Assembly (NCBI GenBank): GCA_030141605.1
Contig: JAQGDQ010000219.1
Span: forward strand, 248,001 to 312,000
From: Tubiluchus corallicola
Lineage: Eukaryota; Animalia; Priapulida
Reading direction: 5' to 3'
Length of the DNA: 64,000 nucleotides
The position numbers and the translations under genes are program-made. The notes under the pieces are model-generated. The model saw only the letters and a list, made by a program, of their open reading frames with translations, made no database searches and was not told the DNA's origin. This document shows positions 11,101 through 23,875 of the stretch, one piece after another (position 1 is the first letter of the stretch; each line of letters opens with the position of its first letter).

Positions 11101-14100
11101 TTGCAGATTCGGTGTCTTCTTTATGCGACATGCTTGCACGCACTTTTAGTTGATGTTTGTCTTGCTTTGCATGGCATTAGTTAGTATTTTAATATGACGT
11201 CAAGCGTTGATATTGTATCTTAAAATTCGTCAAGCCTGCTTTTTAGACAAACACTGTGGTGCGCGCATGTCCAAGGTCAAGGTATTTTGGACTATAATGT
11301 GTTTTAAGACTTATCCAGGGCACAAAGCAGTTATAATATTGATTTAACATACTGCCAGTCTGCAACATTGTTATTACTTATTAAAACCAGTTTTGTTTTT
11401 TAAATTACTTGGTCCTATTCAGTACTAAGATAAAGAAATGACTTTTAATTGGTGTCGTTAAACAAATTTTTGCTAATTAAAATGCTGTACATTTAAGAAC
11501 ACAGTGTTCATCCTGATCATGCATCACTCATAGGTGTTTATTTTTTCTTCTATTTCACATCACAAAAAGGTAGACAAAAATTATTCTGACCCAAAGGGCA
11601 AATTTAACATAAAAACTGTGTTTCTCGGATGATCAAATGGCGAAAACATACATCTGTTTGTATGCAAAATACTTTCAATATACTAGAACTGTTATTAATT
11701 TGTTAATGCTATTATTAACAACAATTTGGCTATAATTATATAGAGCAACATAACAATAATTAAGTAAGCAATTTCCGGAAAAAAACCGAGAAAGCTCTGA
11801 ATTTTTAACAGTTAGGCTCATTATAATTTATTATATATACTGCGTATGTAGCTGCCTTATAACAAACATTTTTTTGTGTCAGAGGATTGACGGGTATGCC
11901 TTAAATTGTGTTAGTAGCGCAGAAAGATTACAAAAATAACAAGTAAACACTACAATCAGTTTGGATTAGGCAGAAATAAATCTTTCTGTTTTTAGGGTTT
12001 GTTTACTTTGGCGTAAGTGAGAGCATGGGCTCGTAAACCTTATCTCGAGGGTTTAGTGCCAATTTCGCTGTACACATTATGTATACATGCTGGTTACATG
12101 GAAACCTGAAAATTTTAATTTTCAGTTTAAGCTAATGTCAAAGCCTTTAGCTAATCATTGAACGTTCAGACAAAAATTATTATTCAGGCACCAAGTTTTA
12201 AAATTGTACTGTTCCAAGAAAAAGTCAAGAACTTGAAATTCTCATCAGCTTGTTACATTTGAAATTGATACATCGGAAAACAAGGCTTCGGCCCTATCAA
12301 GACGAAAAATTGCTATCTTAAAACTGAGTAGTCGAACCATTCGTGACTAACAACAGAGAGAAAAATTGCTAACAGATACCAAATTTTGAAAGTTCTTAAC
12401 TTACTTCATTATAACGATGTAAAAACAATATAATATCAGCATTATGACTGACTCCACCCATGTCACTTCTGAGTCATATATTACCTATAATAAAAGTTCA
12501 ATAAAATTTTTAAGGCACCATTTTTAAACTTACAATACAATAAATTGTATAACGACCTATGGATAGTTCACCTATAGCTATTTTTATCGTGATGTGCATA
12601 CGAGTATACGAAACAGCCACAAAAATGAAGCGATTATAAATGCGCAAAAATGAAGGGATTATAAATGCTTACCACAATTAGTATCATAACAGAGAGGGAG
12701 TAATAGCTTGTATCCCTAAAAAGCGGCCACCACGTCAAGTCGACAACCTGAAAGTTGTTTCAGTTCTTAAATAAAGGGCAAAGTAAAGTTATAAGATAGA
12801 TTTGAAAAGAAAGCAAAAAACGCTTATTGACTTTTAGATGTGAGAAAACATCTTTTTTGTTCCCGATATTATTTGAAAAAACACAAAATAATAGTTGTTG
12901 TTTCTGCCCAGACATTCCTAGAAACTGAGGGACTGAGGGAGAGCCTTTAAATGCATGTAGGCCTAATTAATGCGTTGCTCGTGCATGTGGTTATATTTGG
13001 AACCGTTTGCTTTATATTATTATCTTTATTATTTGAAACTTTATCTTCATTACCAATAGCTATCCCACAACTCATGCTAGTAATAATAACAGAGATTTTT
13101 CTTACCGCCCCCGCACCTATTCCACACATGCCAATAATAAATAAAATATTGAACACTGCCGACCCAACAATTGTCCCTGTTCCAACATCTCCCTTTGCGA
13201 CAAATACACCTGCCAAACAATAAACTTTATAGATGTGAATGGTCGTGATGCAGACTTATAAGTCGTACTACGTTTTTGTTTACAACAAACAACAGTGTAG
13301 CAAAAATCAACAAAATAATTACTGTAGTTGCCATTAAAAGTAACACGACAAGAAAAAATAGTAGTATTTACAAGAAAGAATTACATATCTGCAACAATGT
13401 TTCCAGATCTCAATTAGTGGCCACTTCATAGACGCTCAGACGCATGCTCTCACCTAATTCATTTTGCGCAAAAAGTTATTTTTGGCCCCTGTGACGTTGA
13501 CCTTTAACTTTTTGAATGACGATGTAATGCGTTTAAAGGTCTTGCCCAAGCTTGTCCATCGGCCAAGTTTAGCGCTATAGCTTTATTCACCTTGATTTTA
13601 TTGTGCAGACAGACAGGTACACAGACGTAAACTATACCATCGTGGCAGATAATTACAGCTCAACTGAATATACGCGAAGCAAAACCTGTGAGTTGAGGTA
13701 AGTGGTCATTAGAAATTAACACATTTGTGGGCTTAACTGGATCTTGCATTCAAATGAAAGTGATATGTACTTTGATATTACGCTATATATTGCACTGTAG
13801 TTAATATCACCTTACCTATAATGGATGTGAAGAGCTCGGGAGCTGAACTTCCGGCTGCCATGAATGTTGCTCCTGCTACATCTTCACCAATGTCTAGTCT
13901 CTATAAGTAAAAAAGTGAGCATGAGAGAGCTTGAACGTTAAACATTTAATTTTAGGTATTATAGTCAATGTATAATAGCAATAAGTGAAGGTTTATTCAT
14001 CAAGTTTGTATATAATGTGTGGCGCAAAAATGTGCCGAAGTTTAGACTACAGTAAGATTGGAAACAAAGCTGAAATTTCTCAGCGTGATATTAGAGTGCA

Positions 14101-17100
14101 TTTATTTGTGGTAGCAATAAGTTTAATGTTTTGTTGTTTTTTAAGTTATGTCTGTGAAAAGCTCTTGCGTGTTAAAAAATTAAATGCCAATGTCTGCCAA
14201 TCATCAACTGAAAAAACAGCTACGTTCAGTGACGTATAAGGCACTCAATATATGAAACAAAACAATAAAGTAATCAAAAAATTTAAATCATGGTTTTCGC
14301 TACAGAAAGTAAAGCACCGATAAAGATTTGTTACCAAGAAAAAAATGGGTCTTAATCCTCTAGATAACCTTAATACTATGGCAACTGGAATTAATGGACG
14401 CACAAAGCTGTTTGGCGCACAGAAACTAATGGCAGAAATTGTTGAGTGCTGGAACCAAGTCACCTTAAAGAAGTAAGAAACTGTGTCAGTTTGGAAGAAA
14501 CTCCTGCGTTTAGTTTTTCTGATATATACACTTGTCGTTAATTCGATGTTTTTCCAACATTTATTCTATTGGTGTTTAAAACATCTGTGTCTTCGGAAAA
14601 AAATATGGAAATGACTTAATTTTTTGTTGTTTATATAAAAACGTCCGTTACATCAGTGTGGAATATATCAATTGATTCCGTTATTTTCTTCTTATATTGT
14701 GATCAAAACTAAGGCAGATTTTTTGCGCCACCTGAAATATTCTTCAGAAATCTGAATGCAACATTTTTTGTTGTAGAACCAATTTTCATTTTTTTCAGAT
14801 AGCAATTTGGGTTTTGTGAAAATATCAAATAGACTTTTAATAGAAAGCGGTTAGACGTGTAAACACGTTTTCGCAGGGGTTCCACACAACTCCAGGACAG
14901 ATCTACCGGGTTCTGATATCCTAGAGTAAGTGGCCCATAATTTTACTGGTCTTTACTCACCTAAAGTCAAGCATGGTACTTCACATGATCGAGTTCAGAT
15001 AACATTTTACATGATTAGACAACAGTTCTCTTAGTCACCCTCCTGCAGTATAGGTCAGTAAAATACAACAGTGAAATAGTATCTTGCCGTTCTTGCTAAT
15101 GAATATCTTTTTAAGCTTTACACTGAGGAACTTCGTGATTTCTTGCCTTTCTCTACTTATGAAAGTGTTAAATATCTAAAACAACTTGTTTAAAATGTTT
15201 AAGATCATCAATTTCGATTTTCAAATACTACACGAAATATTATTGCCATTATTAGACTTACCAAAGATGTCCATCTATAATTAGCAAATACGTGGAAGAA
15301 CCTGAGTGAATCACAAGATTCAGTTTGTCATTAGTTATTCTTACAATGGTCTTATTTACTAAATTATATATTAACTGAATGATTGACAATTTTAAAATCA
15401 AAACATAACAGACGAGCAAACTTGATGCGAAGCTATCAGAAAACGGCATAGCGCAACAGGTGCGTGCAACTCAAAGATGCATGATGAAAACGTGTTTGAC
15501 AGAAAAGCAGCCATGACCTAGGAATTGTTCAGATGGACTAAAAATTTTGACGGACTCTTTTTGTCCTTGATACTTACATTACGTTATCATATATAAAAAT
15601 CAGAAAATAAACTAATTATTTATAGTAAAATTTATACAAACCTCGCATATTTTTTCTAAAGCTGAAACAAAGTAATCATCACAGACAATGGCGAGACCTA
15701 CGAACATGTAGATAACAACGAAAAAATGTAGAATAATAGCTCCATGTGACCTCTGGGTAGGCGTGAAGCCGTCTGGTGGGAATTCAAGATACGCTGTAAG
15801 CAACAAGCAGAATAATAGTTATGTGTTTTCTATAACGTGGTAATATTTTCAGTAATAGTGGTGGAAAATAATCAAAGTACATCGAATGAAAAAGACAAAG
15901 AAAATTAAACATGCAGGAATGACCGAACGACTGAAAAATGAAGAAATAAATGTGTGAGTGTGTAAGTGCGTGAACAGGTGGGTGCTGTATCGATGGATGA
16001 GCGAATGAATCCATAACTGAGTGAGTAAATAAGTGAATAAATGAAGAAAGATGAACTAAGTCTAGCTGAACGCTTGCATGGATGTTAGTGTGACTCGATA
16101 AACGAATAAACAAGTAAAAAGTAAGTGAATACATGTACAAATGAATGAAGAAGTGAACGAATGTATAAATAAATGATTGACTGAATGAAAGAACGATAGA
16201 ATGGGTGAAAGAAGCTATGAATGAATAAATGAATGAATGAATGAATTAATGAATGAACGAACGAACGAATAAACCAATGTACGAATGAACACATTGAATG
16301 AATGAATGAATGAAGGAAGGAAGGAATGAAGCAAGTGAGTGCAAATAGTTCTCACCAGGTTCAGTGCAGTCTTCTTCCTCACGGCCTGTATCGTTAGTGT
16401 CATTTTGCGCTGAAACTAGCGTAACAGTTTCACTGTCACTAATCCAATAAGGGCGCCATCCAGTTACCCCAAAGTCAGATTTAGGCAACTTCCTTGTATC
16501 CTGAGTATGTCCCTCATTTACTTGGCTAACGTCAGTATCGTCATCGCTTTCGACGGAGATTAGTTCATTATTAGCAAGAAATCTCGTAGATTCCACGTGC
16601 GTTTTTGTTGTAGCTTCTTCCAGGAGCTTTCTGGAATCAAACCTTTCATAGTTGTCTTGAACATTTTGAGATGAATGCTCCCAACTGGGAAGGTAACCAA
16701 CTGAAAGGGAAAAAGAATAAAGGTTATAAGAAAAAAATAACAAGACAATCAAAACAGACATGTTTATTTTTCTTTTACATATTGAATAACCATGACAGTG
16801 AATTCGCGATTAACACATCTTGTTTTTGATATGCCCATTACCGACGAAACCGTGTTTTGTACAAAAAATTAATGCGTTAAACCTTTTTGCCGCAGCGTGT
16901 TCACATTAGCAGGTAGTTAAATTCGTAGTGCAAGAGCTGGGAAAAACAGTGAGAGAATAATTGTCATGATCTCTTCTTACACACCCAATTATGAAAGCTA
17001 GAACATTTAACTAGAAAAACAGAACTAACAGACTCTGTGGTGAAACAAGCACTCCTACTTTGGAATTCACAACCCCGTGAAATAAAAAAATGACAGTTTT

Positions 17101-18204
17101 GCGAATGTGTACACGTATTCATTTCAATTGAGAAGCTACATTCACAACACGAAAATTAGAAGCGCTTGTGGCAAATGTTCTTCTTATCAACGCAATTAAA
17201 ATATTTATAATTATGTTAAGTTTCTGCTTTCAAGTTATGTTTTTCATTTCTATTCTACCTGTAGAGTTACAAGACGCGTTTGCTTCCAGGCAGCATGGCT
17301 ATATTTTATAACACTTCGCTGATTACTTACAACAGTGTATGGTGTAATTTTCTGAGTCTTATTATACAAATACTGAGTTGCGTGTCTCTTTGCTTGCTTA
17401 CTTGCTTATCTACCTAGCCACTTACCTACCTACTTATATACCTACTTACATAATATCATGCTTACGTGAATAGACGGGTTCAATACAAAGAATTCTGTTG
17501 AACAATACAGCGGTAAAAATAAAATTATCTGCTTAATCAGACTGGACGTTGCAGTGTATGGCGACAAAATTAATTTTTATCGTCAACCATATCGTTTGTC
17601 GTCACAATTCTTATGACAATCACAACAAACCACGAATTAAGCTTAAAGGCTAAGATCGAAGACTCTTTCACGCAGTGCAGTTGTTTTGTGGAAAAAATAG
17701 GGCCTCGATAAAACATGTAAAATAACCAATCGTGTAGCTTAAATAATTTAAGTCATTGTACATAAAAACTGCGATAAGGGATTTTAAATTTTCAAATAAA
17801 AGCGCCCAGGCGTTTCAACGAGGAGGTTTGCGGTTTTGTTTACCAGGGAGTTACTTCGACAGTATAAAGGTCGTACGTATCACTTTACTGCTTCCTTCGT
17901 ATTCGCGATAATACACTGGCAAACTTAAGCTATTTGTAGCAGATAATTACTCTGTACAGTATTGAATATTAATAATATACAAGTGTCATTGCATTTGTCC
18001 TTGGTATATATAGCGGACAATAAAACTGAATGTTTGGGCAAACTTAACATGATTTTCCTATCCGTATAATAATCTTTAATTCTCACCTTTACTTGCGATT
18101 AGAATGCACCCTGTTATGGCGAATATGGTCACCAAATGAATAGTTCTGGACAATCTTTTCACTCTCCTTACCGCTGCTGAATGTTTGTATGCGTACGCAG
18201 CCAT
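4671..18204 (-). CDS. SLC24A3/4-like: K+-dependent Na+/Ca2+ exchanger (NCKX, SLC24A3/A4-like), 17 coding exons, ~750 aa
   Basis: Exons (high->low): 18204-18087, 16700-16356, 15793-15642, 13900-13816, 13209-13106, 12747-12673, 12484-12405, 9548-9451, 8696-8450, 8276-8180, 7844-7669, 7416-7355, 6980-6811, 6638-6524, 5829-5717, 5101-5036, 4820-4671. All introns are GT-AG with consistent phases, total 2253 nt. Motifs: N-terminal hydrophobic signal anchor; alpha-1 repeat [20 protein letters not shown]...[12 protein letters not shown]; alpha-2 repeat [13 protein letters not shown]...[17 protein letters not shown], including the Asp that confers K+ dependence. The loop motif [26 protein letters not shown] and C-terminus [13 protein letters not shown] resemble NCKX3/4. 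The exon 11 donor (7669) was chosen by phase. Confidence 0.93.
5395..5563. mobile_element. degenerate MITE with GGATCG/GGGTCA-type subterminal repeats
   Basis: Imperfect TIRs tagaggtgttcg...cgaatacccta with internal hexamer-like repeats. A related copy lies at 57776-58312. Confidence 0.55.
7933..8168. repeat. (GA)n microsatellite with GAGAACAG variants, NCKX intron 10
   Basis: Seen directly. Confidence 0.97.
13369..13653 (+). mobile_element. HINE/pearl-like non-autonomous Helentron-associated element
   Basis: Subterminal inverted repeats tatctgcaacaatg (13386-13399) and catcgtggcagata (13638-13651), tgacgttgacctt and ccaagttt...ctatagc core motifs, and a short (CAGA)n tract before the 3' end. 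This matches the DINE-1/pearl architecture. Confidence 0.6.
15880..16340. repeat. degenerate (TGAA)n microsatellite, NCKX intron 2
   Basis: Seen directly. It is purest at ~16215-16330. Confidence 0.9.
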
Positions 18205-18449
18205 GAACTAAGTGTTGTTTGGCTTCACGTTATAAGATTCAAGTAAAAAAAGTTTGGTCGTCGTTTCTGTGCCAAATCTGGCCCTTGTAAGTCGTAGAGT
18301 TCCACGCCTTCTGAAAAAGTCTTGCCTTTTGTTGCAGCACCAAGGACCGATTATCCATACCACGCACACCAAAAACGAGGAATTCATTGATAACTCAGAC
18401 GATTTAGATTACCACATAACTCCAGTAGGTATATTATAAGCCGATGCAA

Positions 18450-18860
18450 TGACGCACGTGAGAAGTGACTTATTTTGATAACTGACAATCGAAAGCACTC
18501 CGTGTTTGCACAGTTCAACGTATTGATAAGAATGCGGGCCAAAGTGTAGTAGAAGTTAAATTCGCGCATTAATGCAAGTGATTAATTGTTGTATTGCCCT
18601 GAATTATGTAGACGGCGTTAATTTGTCAAGCTGCCACGCATGAACTCATTCACTACTGTAACATTTCGCGTTACATAGTATTTTAGTACTATGTACGGGC
18701 AACTTTGTTTTAAGTAATATCACCCTCCCACACCTTTCTTAAACAAGAAGCCTCAGCCAATATACCTCTCGCTTGACAAGTTAAAACACCGGAAGTAACT
18801 ACATGAAAGTCGCTCCCATCGAAGTCAAGCACTGTAATGAACAAGTCACGTATCCGCTTG
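18450..18860 (-). promoter_or_regulatory. candidate NCKX promoter region
   Basis: CpG-richer segment upstream of the ATG with E-box CACGTG (18455-18460) and ETS-type CCGGAAGT (18789-18796). Motif evidence only. Confidence 0.3.
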
Positions 18861-20534
18861 TAAACGTTAATATGCTACATAAATGTTGTTATAATAGGAA
18901 TTATTCTCATATGAAGTTTCTGAATTTAAAAGCATTTTGTTTGTGTAAATTAAGGCGGTAAGTACAACTGGAATAACCGAATTATTTTCGCAAATGTCAG
19001 TGCAAGATAATTAAATCGGAGAGTATATACTGTTGAGATAGAGAACATTTCTAGTGTAGGTATCAAGCTCGTTCTTTAATTTTGTACAGACAAAATAAGA
19101 CAAACGTGATCAATCTTAAATTTCCTTGGCATTTGACCTTAATTTGATCTATCTAGTAAATCTAAACGTGTAATAATTTCTTTTATGCATTAATAAATTT
19201 GAACCTAAAAGGAAAACGTAGAAATAAATACTCAGTATTTTAATAGTTTTGTAAAGAAACCAAGGAATTTCATCTTAACTAAGCGGAGCCTGCCTCTTTG
19301 AAGTGAGAAATAATATCAACACACACGCACAGGCACACGCCACTAAACGTTGAGCAACAAAAAAATGTTTGGCGAAAACTTACTTGTTATAATTCTGTTG
19401 AAAATTGCTGAAAAGATTTCCAAGGTGCTAGCAAAAATAAATATATAATTTTATCACCGCACGCTTTTGCTAAAAACTCATTTTTATCTTAACTTTAAAT
19501 TATTTTCGTGCACTTGTACACAATCGCATTTTCCTAGTCTTCGTGATTTTCAGGAGTGGAGCTTATTGTGTACTTCCTACCTAGATTGCCGATGAGCTGT
19601 CGTTGCGGTTAGGTGTATTGCAACTGGTTTGCAGTGCATCGAAAATAATTGTAAAACTATTTACTGCAGCGTTAGGTGGCACCACGGGATGTTCGTTTTA
19701 TAATCTTAGATTATTAATCTATGTTCATAGTAGCTTCTTAATTGGCAGTTGTAACTGCAGGTAGACCGGATAAGAAAATGTCCTTCTAAACACTGTGCAG
19801 CTTTTTCAGTTTTAAATTTCAAATAATAGCCTTTAACGGTTATTGCACTGTGCTGAATTACCGTACGGTATTTTTTCAGCAGTATGGTACGGTACGATCT
19901 GATTATTGAAATGTAATGCACATCTAAACTATACGGATTCTTTTGAAACAAGAACATTTCAAAAGTCGTTATGTCGTTAATGAGGAAGGTTTAGAGCTTT
20001 GCCGTTCTATGCAAAAGTTTTAATGACGATTCGATAAATTTACTTTTATATTTAAATAACTAAAAAAATTACAGAAAATTAGATATTAGGGTAAAAAATT
20101 ATATACAAGGTAAAAATTATCGTATACGCAGAAGTTATATAATTGAACATGATAAATTACCTGTGACCAGTGTAACACGAAGTTTGACCCATATCGTAAG
20201 TCAGACACATTAACAAAACCACTAACAACGACACTATCATTTTTTTCGTTGATTCTTGACCAGATACTATATGCAGTTTTTCTTTTTGCAGTGAAATAAC
20301 TGCTTTACTTTGCCGACAAAAGAAATTAGGCCTTACTCTGCATGGCCACGACATTTAATGACTGGTGAAGCTGTAAATGTTTTTGCGCGTACAAATATGC
20401 AATCTGGAGGTAAAGTTATCCAACTTAAGAAAAGATTATGTTAGATTGTTACTTGATGTTGAAGTACGTTCTACGTTTGTGTACAAGTGCTGCATATAAC
20501 TTCTAGTATTAATTAGCGTTGTATTACCATCAGT

Positions 20535-20680
20535 ATACATATATATATATATGTATACTATATATATATATATATGCTATACTATACTATATATATGTAT
20601 ACTATATATATATATATGCTATACTATACTATATATATGTATACTATATATACTTATATATAGACAGATAGATAGATACA
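20535..20680. repeat. (TA)n-based compound repeat with a ~42-bp higher-order unit, ending in (GATA)n
   Basis: The block gtatactatatata...tgctatactatactatatatat recurs in tandem. Confidence 0.9.
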
Positions 20681-22876
20681 GATTCGTTATGTAAGGCACT
20701 TCAAATCTGAATTAATATTAAAAGTTTGTCACTAATGAACACATAATTTAAAAGTACCATTAAAATTAGTTGATAGGCCTAACTATTCGTGTCTAAAACA
20801 AAATTATTAACTGAGTAAAAAGAAGCTCAAAATATACTTATATCTCCTATTTATAACTTTTGTAACCTAAAATAAATAGCATGAAGTACAGCAGTTTTAT
20901 TTTTACAATATACATAAATTCATAATAAAAATTATTAAATTAATCGCTTTTAAAATTAATTTTTATGACACTCCTACAGCAGCTCCTACATTAACTTGGC
21001 ACGGAATTACCGTGCGGTATTTTTTAAAGGTACAAAGTACGGTATTTTTTCGTACCGAACGCTACTGCCAGCCTTGATGATCAATTACCGTTTTTCAGCT
21101 GTTTAATGAGTTTTCTGTTCAATTAAAGTCGTTGGTTGAACCTTTTAAGTTTCTAGCGATACTATATCGATCACACTAGTTAAATAGAACTCGAAGCGTA
21201 AAGGAAGCCATAATGGTGAAGAATTGGAATCTAGCTGCTTACAGTTTTTTCGAGAATAAGATGTATTTAACGGCCTGGTATAAAAATTATACACTTTTCG
21301 TTACTGCAAGGTGAAATCTGCTGCTTGACCACTCTGCAAATCCCAAATTCATTCAAACCGCTCTCTTTCAAAGATTCCCAATGACTTGAAGCTCACCTGC
21401 TTAATGTTTTCGTATCGATCTCTTGGTTACCTGTACGCTCAACTGCGCATGTTCAGATGTAGTACGCAGGTGACAACTCACTATCTGTAACCCAGGAGCT
21501 GTATACCCCGACTCTTTATGTTATGATCCAACATCGTAGATTTGAGATAGATGCACATGCAATTAGCAGGTGGCGCGCGTCTCCTTATTATGGCTTCTGT
21601 ATGTTTTTGTATGTGTCGGTAATGTGAGATTACTGGCTTCGTTACTATAAAGTTTCAGATGCCGGTGATGATAATGATATAGTCAGCTGCAACTTAGCAT
21701 TGTACTGCACACGTAAGTCTATTCCTTTTCACTATTTTCGCGTTTTGTTGCGTATAATCATGCAAATATTGCAGGTACAACACGACCTGTCTTCTTTTTC
21801 TTGTCATTGTTAGTGTTTTACTGTTGTTTTTGTTCATTTTTCATCCATTTAGTATAAGCTTGGACCATGCAGCATTCTGCACAGTAAGGGTAAAGCTTTT
21901 GTAATTTGTAAAAGGTTGGATAAAAACAAATTTTTACACGACGATTAATCCGCTATAGTATTCTAATCTTGGTAATCATTCAAAAATAAAGTCTTATAGT
22001 AATGTAAAGTAATTCATTTACCAATTTCTTTCAAGAAGGTATTTGTTATTTATAAATTTTCAATAACATTTCTGTCGCCTATAGCCCAATTTCGTCATAT
22101 GATTTGTGATTCAGAAATCGTGGCACTTAAGTGGGCATTATTTTTTTGCAGATCTGATTAATAAAACGAAGTTTTGAATTCATCCTATGCACTAAGTAGT
22201 AAAAAGTTTTCATCTACGTTTGTAGGTTCTTTCATAGGAATTTCTTTAGTGAAGTTAAATCAATAAGCAGCTATGATACATGTACTTATAATAATTTGCT
22301 TGCGTGCATCTTCTGCTATCCCATTGTAATGCTCTACTACATTGTTATTTACAGTTTTTGCGTAACTTTCATTATTCATTAATAATGAATACAATTCATT
22401 ATGTGTTCTTCTAAAATATCTGGCCAGGCGTATTTTATTTCGCTCAACGTGTTGGAAGTGTGCACTGGTTAGGAGAGTTACAAAGCTGGGATGTTTATTT
22501 GCTTACCTTCCTTCCACTTCCAAGACTCCACATTAGATGCTGTTATTGTGTTTGGTCAACAGACCAAGGTTTTTAGTGCCTACCACACATGCCACAATTG
22601 TGCCGGCTCTAGGTCTTCTGGACATTTGGACAGTGGACATTTGAGCAATCGATACATGGGCAGTGGACATTTGGGCAGTAGGGCATTCGGGCAGTGAGTA
22701 GAGGCAGTTGAAACTTGAGCAGTGGAAAGTTGGGTAGCGGACATTCGGGCAGTGGCACTTGAGCAGGGACACCTAAGCAATGGACATTTGGGCACTAGGA
22801 GATTTGGGCAATGGACACTACGACAGTGGACACTTATTCTGTGGCACTTTGGCACTGGACATTTAGGCAGTGACAG

Positions 22877-23290
22877 TAGGTAGATAGGTAGGTATTTATA
22901 GGTAGGTAGGTAGGTAGGTAGGTAGGTAGATAGGTAGGTAGGTAGGTAGGTAGGTAGGTAGGTAGATAGGTAGGTAGGTAGGTAGGTAGGTAGGTAGGTA
23001 GGTATGTAGGTAGGTAGGTAGGTAAGTAGGTAGGTAGTTAGGTAGGTGGGTAGGTAAGTAGGTAGGTAGGTAGGTAGGTAGATAGGAAGGTAGGTGGTAA
23101 TTAGGTAGGTAGGTAGGTAGGTAGGTAGTTAGGTAGGTAGTTAGGTAGGTAGGTAGGAGATAGGTAGGTAGGTAGGTAGGTAGGTAGGTAGGTAGGTAGG
23201 TAGGGGGGGTAGGTAGGTAGGTAGGTAGGTGGGTGGTTGGGTGGTTGATTGGGTGGGTTTATGGATGGATGTGGATGGATGGGTAGATAG
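22877..23290. repeat. (TAGG)n microsatellite, resuming at ~23878-23930
   Basis: Seen directly. Confidence 0.97.
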
Positions 23291-23302
23291 GTACATGGGT
23301 AT

Positions 23303-23875
23303 TGATGATGATGATGATAATAAGTCTTTATTTAGCCTCTTTTCGCAGGCAAAAATTTCTGTACAAACATTATACAAGTTTACATAGGTAGTATGAATTT
23401 TACAATATTACATGTTACGCATTCTGTAATTGGCTTTTGTAATGGTGCGTATAACATTATTTACAGTGATGTTAAACAAGGAGCATTAAAATAAGTGCTA
23501 AAATCAAGGTTATTAATGAAGCGAGTTACCTGTCTATTAACACAAAAATGCAGATAAATTAATACACTAGATTATAAAATTCCCAATTCAACATTTAAGT
23601 CCACAAAGACTTACAACCAATGATCTCAAAAACTATACAAATTTAAGCCCTATTTTACTCAAATGTAGCAGCAGGATTTTAAAATAAAAGGGTCATTTAC
23701 GAAATAAATTAATGCTGATATTAAATTTACATTTTTGGTGCAATACACAAGATTTAAGTTCTCATTTCCCAGTTTATTTAGTAGTACATATTGCCTGTTT
23801 GCGTCAACTCGTGGACATCGGTATATCAAATGTTCTGGATCTGGGCTTCCATACGGCATTCACAAAGCTCAAACG
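23303..23875 (-). mobile_element. 5'-truncated non-LTR retrotransposon 3' end
   Basis: The minus strand encodes a Cys/His zinc-knuckle remnant (...EHLIYRCP...) typical of LINE ORF2 C-termini, followed by a 3'UTR, AATAAA and an (ATC)n tail. Confidence 0.6.

Noticed and set aside
22491-22872. Cys/Pro-rich ORFs, or a CRISPR-like array
   Set aside because: Contiguous 15-bp minisatellite units with no unique spacers and no cas genes, in a eukaryotic context.
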